Positions 34,006 through 41,419 of a DNA stretch of 42,262 bases are shown here, piece after piece. The notes under the pieces are model-generated. The model saw nothing but the letters and a program-made list of their open reading frames with translations, searched no databases and was not told where the DNA came from. The first letter of the stretch is position 1. Each line of letters starts with the position of its first letter. The position numbers were made by a program, and so were the translations under genes. The stretch comes from Nanobdellota archaeon (lineage in GTDB: Archaea > Nanobdellota > Nanobdellia > Pacearchaeales > GW2011-AR1): NCBI GenBank assembly GCA_030647095.1, contig JAUSKH010000063.1:1-42262 (forward strand), in the 5' to 3' direction.

Positions 34006-35232
34006 TTATTGATTAATATAATAACGTACTTTTTTACCAATTTTCTCTTTTCTTATGGCTTCTGTTTTTACTAATTGAGTTAAATAGAGACTAATCATTT
34101 TATAAGATAAGTCTTTGGCTACTTCAGAAGGTCTTGAGCCAGGATTACATTTGAGATAATCTAATATCTGCTGGAATCTTTCTTCTTTAGTTTTTCCATT
34201 AAGTATTGGTGAGATTGATTTATACAAATTAATTGCTGATATAGTATACTCTCTGAAACTTTGGCTATTTACGAATAAATTATGAAATTTTTGCATTTCT
34301 TGTAAGGCGGGTCCATCACCAAGCGCTTCTTTTATGGGTTCAACAAAATTAGTTAAAAAATTTCTTCCTTTTTCAAGAATATTTACTTCGGACTGTTCTT
34401 CACCACCTTTCCAACGCTTTCTTCTTGCGAACTCCTGTTTTACAAGTTCAGATAGAACCATAGAAATATCTTTTCTCTTTAAAAGACCAAGCGCTTTTTT
34501 TACTTCAGCACCAGTAACACTTCCTCTTTGATGTAATAGTTGAGATATGTCTTTTGTGAGGTGCGAATTACTAATAATCGGTTTAACTTCATTAGGGCTC
34601 TTTTTTGATATCCATTCGTAAGTTATGTATCCTTCTCCTTTTCGCGTTTCTCCAATAGATTCATATTGCAAAAATCCTATACTAGAAAGAGATCTTATAG
34701 AGTTTAAAATAGTCACACGATTTATAGAGGTTATTTTTTCTAAATCAACTATGCTTTTTTTGTTTCCGCTTTTCAGAGCTTCAAGAGTTTTTATTATATT
34801 TAAGGGGGCTCTTGTTTCTCCTTTGGGACTAGTTTTCCTAAGAATTTTAAACATACTTTTTTGATTTTGTACTACGTAATTTAAAGAAAAAGCAGATATT
34901 GGTAATCCATAATCCTTCCCTGCCGTTGTTAAACAGTAACCAAAATACGAATTTTTATCTTCATCTTTTATAATCTCTTCTTCTGCTACAGTACCAGTAG
35001 AAAAAAGTGTGTTGCAGCAGTAATTCCTAAAACTTTTTTTAAGTGGAAGGTAAGTGCTCTTTCCAACAGTCCTTTTTACTTTAGCTCGTATCTCAGATTC
35101 ATTTGTTGGTATATTATTTAGATGCAAGAGAGTGATCATTTTAAACTCAGTATTTACTATGTTTAGAACTACATTTAATCTTCCTTCTAAGTCGTCTGGA
35201 AATGGAACTTCTTTGTGTGAAATAATTCTCAT
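34006..35232 (-). CDS. Uncharacterised protein built from about four winged-helix-like modules
   Basis: There are no enzymatic motifs. MarR/ArsR/PadR-like wHTH patterns recur, for example KSIVDLEKITSINRVTILNSIRSLSSIGFL, VTGAEVKKALGLLKRKDISMVLSELVKQEF and RPSEVAKDLSYKMISLYLTQLVKTEAI. Confidence 0.45.
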   Translation of the reverse strand: MRIISHKEVPFPDDLEGRLNVVLNIVNTEFKMITLLHLNNIPTNESEIRAKVKRTVGKSTYLPLKKSFRNYCCNTLFSTGTVAEEEIIKDEDKNSYFGYCLTTAGKDYGLPISAFSLNYVVQNQKSMFKILRKTSPKGETRAPLNIIKTLEALKSGNKKSIVDLEKITSINRVTILNSIRSLSSIGFLQYESIGETRKGEGYITYEWISKKSPNEVKPIISNSHLTKDISQLLHQRGSVTGAEVKKALGLLKRKDISMVLSELVKQEFARRKRWKGGEEQSEVNILEKGRNFLTNFVEPIKEALGDGPALQEMQKFHNLFVNSQSFREYTISAINLYKSISPILNGKTKEERFQQILDYLKCNPGSRPSEVAKDLSYKMISLYLTQLVKTEAIRKEKIGKKVRYYINQ

Positions 35233-35323
35233 AAGGGCGCATTGAGGCAGCGGTTTAAAAATGTTAGTGTTTGCATTAAGTTTTTTTAGGAATGTTTAAA
35301 AAGCAGCTTTGTAAAACATAGTT

Positions 35324-35734
35324 ATGGAATCTTACGAATTATTATTGAAAAACGCCTATGAAAAAGTGAAGGTAGTTGACAAAGGATCTGAAAGATTTGA
35401 AATACCTAAAGTTACAGGCCAAGTTTCTGGGAATAATACTTTTATTACTAATATAACTCAGATTGCAAGTTATTCAAGGAGACCTGTAGAGCATATTGTT
35501 AAATTTCTGCAGAAAGAGTTGGCTGTTTCCGGTAGACTTGAAGGTTCAAGATTGGTTTTGAATACTGTTTTGAATTCAGAAAGGGTAAATGAAAAAATAC
35601 AACTTTATGCAAAGTATTTTATAGTATGTAATGTGTGCGGAAAACCCGATACAGAATTACTGTCCGAAAAAGGTATAAAATATAAGCATTGTCTTGCGTG
35701 TGGGGCGAAATCACCTATAAAGTACCATCTTTAA
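35324..35734 (+). CDS. eif2b: Translation initiation factor aIF2 beta subunit
   Basis: eIF2-beta/eIF5 core (NITQIASYSRRPVEHIVKFLQKELAVSG) and a C4 zinc ribbon CNVCGKPDT...CLACG. Confidence 0.85.
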   Translation: MESYELLLKNAYEKVKVVDKGSERFEIPKVTGQVSGNNTFITNITQIASYSRRPVEHIVKFLQKELAVSGRLEGSRLVLNTVLNSERVNEKIQLYAKYFIVCNVCGKPDTELLSEKGIKYKHCLACGAKSPIKYHL

Positions 35735-35739
35735 TAAAA

Positions 35740-36036
35740 ATGTACGTTAAAATTCATAAGTCTTATAGAAGTGTTGTTGCTGTGTGTGATGTAGATCTTA
35801 TTGGCAAACTGTTTGAAGAAGGAAAGAAACAGTTGCATGCCAGGGAAAGCTTTTATAAAGGAGAGGATTTGAATTATGAAGAGGTTGTAAAAGTTCTTAA
35901 AATACAAAGCAGAGAGGATGCAACTTTTAATATAATTGGAGAGAAGTCTGTGAAGGCTGCCATTGATGCAGAAATTATTACTGAAGACGAGGTTGCATAT
36001 GTACAGGGCATACCTTTTTTAATTGTTCTCTTATAA
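35740..36036 (+). CDS. DUF424-like small archaeal protein
   Basis: MYVKIHKSYRSVVAVCDVDLIGK...IIGEKSVKAAIDAEII pattern. It sits in the conserved position between aIF2-beta and a KH-domain protein. The ATG at 35740 is preferred. Confidence 0.55.
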   Translation: MYVKIHKSYRSVVAVCDVDLIGKLFEEGKKQLHARESFYKGEDLNYEEVVKVLKIQSREDATFNIIGEKSVKAAIDAEIITEDEVAYVQGIPFLIVLL

Positions 36037-36052
36037 TTCTTTATTTTTGTCT

Positions 36053-36098
36053 ACAGAGAATTTGGGTAATTAAGTTATATCTAGTTCAAATTCTCTGT
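36053..36098. repeat. Perfect 12-bp inverted repeat (hairpin/terminator-like)
   Basis: ACAGAGAATTTG (36053-36064), 22 nt, CAAATTCTCTGT (36087-36098). The 18-mer AGAGAATTTGGGTAATTA (36055-36072) recurs reverse-complemented at 12026-12043. Confidence 0.7.
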
Positions 36099-36184
36099 CT
36101 GGAAAATTCGAATAAACGGCATTATAATCAATCGAATTATCCATAAACCTACATTTAAAAACGCTTCTTTTTTAGATATACAGT

Positions 36185-36682
36185 ATGGAAAAAATATATA
36201 TGAAGCGATTAAAAGAAGTTCAGAATGATAAGAAAGAACTAGAAGAGAAATTAAATGTTTCTATCAAGATTATTGGAAGGAATGTTGTTTTTGAAGGACC
36301 TTCTATTGATGAGTACGAAGCAACTTTAATTTTTGAAGCTATTGAGTTTGGATTTAGTGTTAAGAAAGCCTTACAATTAAAGAATGAGGAGATGATGTTC
36401 AAGAAGATTCATATTAAAGAACATACAAAAAGAAATTTGACTGATATACTTTCACGTTTGATAGGTACTGAAGGTAAAACTAAAAGAATTATTGAAGATA
36501 TTTCTGGATGCTTTTTAGTTATAAAGGAGGGAGAGGTTGGAATAATCGGAGATGGCGAAGCTATAGAGGCAGCCACGATGGCAATTATAAACTTAATTAA
36601 AGGATCAAAGCAGTCAAATATATACAGATATCTTGAGAGATCAAATAGTGATAAGAAAGAGATAAGCAGAGAATTAAAATAA
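36185..36682 (+). CDS. KH-domain RNA-binding protein (Dim2/Pno1-like)
   Basis: Two KH-like modules (IIGRNVVFEG... and LIGTEGKTKRIIEDISGC...IGD). Gene order with aIF2-beta is typical for archaea. Confidence 0.65.
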   Translation: MEKIYMKRLKEVQNDKKELEEKLNVSIKIIGRNVVFEGPSIDEYEATLIFEAIEFGFSVKKALQLKNEEMMFKKIHIKEHTKRNLTDILSRLIGTEGKTKRIIEDISGCFLVIKEGEVGIIGDGEAIEAATMAIINLIKGSKQSNIYRYLERSNSDKKEISRELK

Positions 36683-37110
36683 TATTAAAAAAGAAAAATT
36701 AAAATAATAAATCTTTGTTAGATTATCTTCTTTTCTTTTTCTTAGCTGCCTTTTTTTTCTTTGCCATTGTGATTTCACTCCTTTTATCTTGTTATACTTA
36801 GAACATTTTTGTTTATAAATTTATCTAAAACTTTATTTTAAATAAAATTATTTTCATTTTAGATAAATTGCAGATTAATTTTTATCGAAGGCAATTTATT
36901 TTTAAGAATAATTCATAAATTTTATAATATCCTTATACTTTTATTTTCTTAAGATTTGATGATTATTCGAATTATTTTTGGTTTTTTGCTACAAAAAATA
37001 GCTGCTATAAATTTATGAGGCGCGAAGCGCCGAATGCGCAAGGTTGTTTTGAGCGCGTAAATCAAACGTTTGAGATGTTTATATTTAATATTATTAGTAT
37101 GAGAGCAAGA

Positions 37111-37118
37111 TTTATATA
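37111..37118 (+). promoter_or_regulatory. Archaeal TATA box for the tRNA gene
   Basis: TTTATATA ends 23 nt upstream of tRNA position 1 (37142), preceded by purine-rich AGCAAGA. Confidence 0.5.
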
Positions 37119-37176
37119 ACGTGTTTATCTGAATTTTTCAAGTCCCGGTAGCTCAGTTGGTAGAGCACATGGCTGT

Positions 37177-37533
37177 AGTACGGAGTTTAAACGTGAAGAA
37201 AGAACACGAACTTACAAAGACCGACGTAGATATAATATAGATGCAGTAACTAAACGTAGGAAAAAAATCCGCTTAAAGGCGATTGCATATTCGGGCGGGA
37301 AATGTACTAAGTGTGGATACTGCAAATATCCTGAAGTCTTGGAGTTCCATCACAAAGATCCTTCGCAGAAGGATTTTAATGTCTCAAGTAAGGGGCATTG
37401 TAGGAGCTGGGAAAGAGTTCGTAATGAGATAGAGAAATGTGATTTGCTATGCGCAAATTGTCATAGAGAACTTCACGTTGAACTAAATAAAGTAGCAGCT
37501 TCCAAAGGAAACTTTGGAATGAAAAGCGAGTAA
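37177..37533 (+). CDS. Intron-encoded HNH homing endonuclease (no canonical start codon; track ORF starts at TTG 37339)
   Basis: The frame is open from 37120 to the TAA at 37531-33. KAIAYSGGKCTKCGYCKYPEVLEFHHKDPSQKDF...CDLLCANCHRELH is a complete HNH/zinc-finger motif. The first CxxC lies upstream of the only ATG/GTG/TTG candidate. Confidence 0.55.
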   Translation, partial: STEFKREERTRTYKDRRRYNIDAVTKRRKKIRLKAIAYSGGKCTKCGYCKYPEVLEFHHKDPSQKDFNVSSKGHCRSWERVRNEIEKCDLLCANCHRELHVELNKVAASKGNFGMKSE

Positions 37534-37681
37534 ATTCAGGGAAACCCTACAATTAAGTTGAGGGCAATCCTGAGCCAAGCCCGAAAGGGAAGGTGCAGAG
37601 ACTAGACACTCGCCTCCTAAGACTTAGCAATAAGTTATGGAGATGGTATAGTCCTACCCTCCAAGAGATTGGAAAAGGTCG
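37177..37681 (+). mobile_element. Group I intron inserted between anticodon positions 35 and 36
   Basis: The 5' exon ends in U and the intron ends in G. P1-P9 pairings and P/Q/R/S-like conserved elements are readable; coordinates are given in the findings. GNRA loops GAAA, GAAA, GCAA and GAGA are present. Confidence 0.8.
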
Positions 37682-37719
37682 TAACCATGGGGTCAGAGGT
37701 TCGAGTCCTCTCCGGGACG

Positions 37720-37730
37720 TTTTATTTTTT
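37720..37730 (+). terminator. Oligo-T archaeal terminator after the tRNA
   Basis: TTTTATTTTTT lies directly after the discriminator base. Confidence 0.5.
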
Positions 37731-37767
37731 GAGAAACATTTTTAAGCATAAAAAATATACTGTATAG

Positions 37768-38112
37768 ATGATAATCTATAAGGGATACTATCATTTTAGG
37801 AAAGGAAATGGTTCTATAGCTGCCTGTTCTTGTGAGGGTGTTAATGGTTATCGTAATGCCAATTTAATGATTGTTTTTATGCAACCTAGGAAATATTATA
37901 TAGGTGTTAATAATAAAGATTCTCTTGAAGAGCAAGTAAAATCAGTTTTACATGAATTTGCACATATTGGATTGGAACATCCCTTTATTAAACTAGATTC
38001 AGAAACTCCTGAGATGAATGCAAGAGCTGAAGACGAAGCGATTAGATTCTATAATAAAAATTCTCCTTTAGTTGGTAGAATAAGAGAAATATTAGTAGAT
38101 AAAAAATGTTAA
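37768..38112 (+). CDS. Small HExxH metallopeptidase-like protein
   Basis: LHEFAHIGLEH contains HExxH followed by a further His/Glu, in an ImmA/IrrE- or DUF955-like arrangement. No other evidence. Confidence 0.4.
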   Translation: MIIYKGYYHFRKGNGSIAACSCEGVNGYRNANLMIVFMQPRKYYIGVNNKDSLEEQVKSVLHEFAHIGLEHPFIKLDSETPEMNARAEDEAIRFYNKNSPLVGRIREILVDKKC

Positions 38113-38118
38113 GGATTA

Positions 38119-38343
38119 TTATTTGTTGAATAATAAATAAATTCCTATTCCTAAAAGTATTAAGGCTATAATTATTGAAATTGATATGATTATCCTTTTT
38201 CTTTTAGATTTTGTTTTTTTTCTTTCATAATAAGCGTCGTAAGCTCCACTAATTTCCTTTTTATCTTCTGGGTCTAATTCAGGGTTTTGTTGTTTTTTAT
38301 ACTGGAAGGTCATTAGACCACCTGTTGATACTTGTTCTGGCAT
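38119..38343 (-). CDS. Small C-terminally membrane-anchored protein
   Basis: ORF with a basic stretch followed by one TM helix (IIISISIIIALILLGIGIYLLF). Confidence 0.35.
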   Translation of the reverse strand: MPEQVSTGGLMTFQYKKQQNPELDPEDKKEISGAYDAYYERKKTKSKRKRIIISISIIIALILLGIGIYLLFNK

Positions 38344-38635
38344 GTTATTTAATTGATAAAAAGTTTTAAATATGTTCTTATTATATCTAAAAGAAGGGTT
38401 GGTATAAAAAGTGGTGGATATGGGTGATCGTTTTTATTACCTTGATAGTAGCAGGATTTATTTTATATCGGTATATGTTTATTGATAGTTCTAATGATAT
38501 AGTTTTTAATGAGCAGGTAAAGGGGCAAATCAAAGATTTATTTAATAGTACCAATACAAATAATACAATCGGAGCATAAATCGTTATTATTTTTTTAGAG
38601 TACAGGTTTTTATAGGGAGAATTTCTATTTAATAG

Positions 38636-39736
38636 ATGATAAAGGAAAAGAAAACAGTATTATTGGGTATGTCTGGAGGTGTAGATTCAAGTGTAGCAGC
38701 GCTTATTTTAAAAAAAGAAGGTTATAGAGTTATAGGCGCTTTTATGAAGAATTTTTCTGATACAAAGAATAAACTTACAGGAGAGTGTGCTTGGCAGGAA
38801 GAGAAAGCGATGGCACAGAAAATCGCTGCTATGCTTGAAATTCCTTTGATTATAATAGATTCTGAGGAAGAGTATAAGAAAGAGGTTGTTGACCCTATGT
38901 TTAAAGCTTATGCTAAAGGATTTACACCTAATCCTGATGTTTTATGCAATAAATTAATAAAATTTCCTGTTCTTTGGAAGAAAGCTCAAGAGTTGGGAGT
39001 TGATTATATTGCAACAGGGCATTACGTTAGGATTAGAAAGAGTTCTAAGGGATATGAAATGTTAAGAGGCAAAGATGATTATAAGGATCAATCTTATTTC
39101 TTGTATGAGTTGAATGAAAAAGATTTGGAGCATACACTTTTTCTTATGGGAGAGTATACTAAAGAGGAAGTAAGAAAGATTGCTAAAAAGAATGGATTTT
39201 ACAATTGGGATAAGAAAGGAACTAGTGGAGTTTGTTTTATCGGGAAGATAGACATGAAACATTTTCTTAAGCAGAGGATAAAAGAAAAAAAAGGCAATGT
39301 TGTTAATATGGAAGGGGAAGTTGTAGGGACACATCCAGGAAGTATGTTCTTTACAATCGGAGAAAGAGTTGGGAGTAAATATGGAATAGAAATAGATAGG
39401 AAAATTAGAAATATGACTGGGAAGAAATTGTATATAGCTGATAAAAGAAAAGGAAATGTGTTGGTTGTCGCTCCTTCTGGACATAAGGCTTTGAAAAGAA
39501 ATAAGGTTTTTATCAGGGAATTACATCTAATAAATAAGAAAGAGAAAATTAATGGGAAGGGTTTAAGAGCAAGAATTAGGCATTTAGGGAGTTTGAATAA
39601 AGGCATTTTAAAGAAAAATAAAGGAAGATGGATATTTACATTTGCTAAGCCTATAGAAGGAATTGCAGAAGGTCAGTCAATAGTCTTTTACAAAGGCGAA
39701 AAGGTTATTGGTGGGGGTGAGATGCGGGTGAAATAG
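38636..39736 (+). CDS. mnmA: tRNA-specific 2-thiouridylase MnmA
   Basis: PP-loop GMSGGVDSSVAA, catalytic Cys regions (NPDVLCN, GVCFIG) and a length of about 366 aa. Confidence 0.9.
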   Translation: MIKEKKTVLLGMSGGVDSSVAALILKKEGYRVIGAFMKNFSDTKNKLTGECAWQEEKAMAQKIAAMLEIPLIIIDSEEEYKKEVVDPMFKAYAKGFTPNPDVLCNKLIKFPVLWKKAQELGVDYIATGHYVRIRKSSKGYEMLRGKDDYKDQSYFLYELNEKDLEHTLFLMGEYTKEEVRKIAKKNGFYNWDKKGTSGVCFIGKIDMKHFLKQRIKEKKGNVVNMEGEVVGTHPGSMFFTIGERVGSKYGIEIDRKIRNMTGKKLYIADKRKGNVLVVAPSGHKALKRNKVFIRELHLINKKEKINGKGLRARIRHLGSLNKGILKKNKGRWIFTFAKPIEGIAEGQSIVFYKGEKVIGGGEMRVK

Positions 39737-40631
39737 TGGTTTGTAAATATTCTTCTAGAGTTTCTGGTATTATTTCTATAAGTGAGAATTTTTCTTCAGG
39801 ATGACTTTTGTTCCATTCAGATATATTATCTTTTAATGGAAAACGATATTTTAGACAGTAAGCTTTTCCACAAGATTCTTGGCCGCCGAAGGCGTGTTTT
39901 GCTCCAAAGACGGTTATAGTCTCTGTATCAAAATTATCTTTTATTAATTTAAGAAGGTAGTCTTCTCTTTGATCAGAATTATTGTATAAATCAATGTATA
40001 ATTTTTCTATCTGTTCTCTTTTTCTATCTCTTTCTTCTTTTGAATTTGTAGCTAGCATATCAGTGTATAATTTATCTATTTTATTTAATAATACTAAAGA
40101 TTTTTTATGTAGCTCTGGTTTTTCTGTTTTTTTTATTTCCCTTATTTTTTGTTCTTTGTACATTACTAATGCAGCACCTTCTTCTATCTTTGGAAGTTTT
40201 TCATTACCATCTTTATTAGAATATGTTTTTATATCTCCTTCGTAATCAGAGGGATATATGCCTTCTGGGTATACGGCAATGTTTGGATAAATAGAAGTTA
40301 AATAATCTAAGATAAGGTAGATATTGTTTTGTATTTCAGCCACTCTTTCAAGGCATTCTGTATTGCATTCATCATATGGCGGGAGATGCCTTTGAAGTAT
40401 GTGTACTAGGTTATATTTTGTATTATCGGTTTTATATTTCCTTACTTCTGCTGCCCCTGGAATGTAACTTGGAAAATAATCTAAGAATCTATTTTCAGAA
40501 TTTTCTTCTTTAACTATGGGTTGTTGAGAAATTGTTTGTATTGTTTTTTGTTGTAAGTTACAGGCAGGAATATTTAGAAGAGTTACTAGAGACAGACTTT
40601 TTATTATAGTTCTTGATAGTCTTCCTTGCAT
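39705..40631 (-). CDS. Secreted or lipoprotein-like hypothetical protein
   Basis: N-terminal signal-like segment with a lipobox-like LNIPAC. No motif recognised. The 3' end overlaps mnmA convergently by 32 nt. Confidence 0.45.
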   Translation of the reverse strand: MQGRLSRTIIKSLSLVTLLNIPACNLQQKTIQTISQQPIVKEENSENRFLDYFPSYIPGAAEVRKYKTDNTKYNLVHILQRHLPPYDECNTECLERVAEIQNNIYLILDYLTSIYPNIAVYPEGIYPSDYEGDIKTYSNKDGNEKLPKIEEGAALVMYKEQKIREIKKTEKPELHKKSLVLLNKIDKLYTDMLATNSKEERDRKREQIEKLYIDLYNNSDQREDYLLKLIKDNFDTETITVFGAKHAFGGQESCGKAYCLKYRFPLKDNISEWNKSHPEEKFSLIEIIPETLEEYLQTTISPASHPHQ

Positions 40632-40730
40632 TGTTCTTAATTCAATATTGACAAAATTAGGGAATATCAGTGTTGTTGACTATAAATAAGTTTACGACAG
40701 CTTTTTATATATCTCTTTCTTATAAGTAAA

Positions 40731-41330
40731 ATGGAATTTGATAGTACTGTTAAAGATAGGAAATCTGTAAGAGATTTTGATAGCACTAAAAAAGTAAGTT
40801 GGAAAATGGTTCTTGATGCTATTGACGCAGCTATACAAGGTCCATTTGCAGGCAATAATAATTATCTTAGATTTTTGATTATTGAGGATTCTAAAACGAT
40901 TGGGGATGTTGCTAAGTTGTGCGAGCAGACTTGGGTTTCTGAAGCACCGATGCTTGTGCTTGTTTGTTCTGATGATACGCATTTGGAGAATTTATATGGA
41001 GAGAGAGGAAGAGTTTATTCAAGGCAACAAGCAGGAGCAGCAATACAAACTTTATTGTTTAAACTTACTGATTTGGGACTTGGTTCTTGTTGGGTGGGTT
41101 CGTATACAGATGAATCTTTAAAAAAGAAATTAAAAATTCCTCAACATATTCAGATAGAGGCAGTTGTTCCTGTTGGATACGAAAAGAAAATGCCTGGAGA
41201 TAAAAGTCCTGTAAAGAAGTCGCTTGAAAATTCTCTTTTCTGGGAAACTTGGGGACAGGATAGAAGACCGACTTTATTTGAAGAAGAGAAAGAAGATTAT
41301 AGACCTGGTAAAGGGGATTTGGTTGCTTAG
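40731..41330 (+). CDS. Nitroreductase-family protein
   Basis: DRKSVRDF near the N-terminus, then NNYLRFLIIED and GLGSCWVG, typical of the FMN nitroreductase fold. Confidence 0.8.
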   Translation: MEFDSTVKDRKSVRDFDSTKKVSWKMVLDAIDAAIQGPFAGNNNYLRFLIIEDSKTIGDVAKLCEQTWVSEAPMLVLVCSDDTHLENLYGERGRVYSRQQAGAAIQTLLFKLTDLGLGSCWVGSYTDESLKKKLKIPQHIQIEAVVPVGYEKKMPGDKSPVKKSLENSLFWETWGQDRRPTLFEEEKEDYRPGKGDLVA

Positions 41331-41419
41331 TTTAGATTGTAAATATAATAATTCTTATGAAAAGAGAATTGTTCTCTAAAGAACAAAGAAAATAAAAAAA
41401 TAAATATTTATCCCAGAAA

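Larger units (their letters stand above)
37142..37719 (+). tRNA. tRNA-Asn(GUU), exons 37142-37176 and 37682-37719
   Basis: Acceptor GTCCCGG/CCGGGAC, D arm GCTC-AGTTGGTA-GAGC, anticodon stem CATGG/CCATG and T arm AGAGG-TTCGAGT-CCTCT. The discriminator is G and no CCA is encoded. The joined loop CTGT+TAA gives anticodon GTT. Confidence 0.85.

Noticed and set aside
37142-37719. An alternative reading of the tRNA as tRNA-Tyr(GUA) with a canonical archaeal BHB intron at position 37/38. CTGTAG...A also yields a 7-nt loop.
   Set aside because: I could not draw a bulge-helix-bulge (3-nt bulge, 4-bp helix, 3-nt bulge) at those junctions. Archaeal tRNA-Tyr is expected to have C1-G72 and A73, whereas this gene has G1-C72 and G73. 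The intervening sequence has a full group I core, and its U/omega-G rule gives the GUU (Asn) junction.
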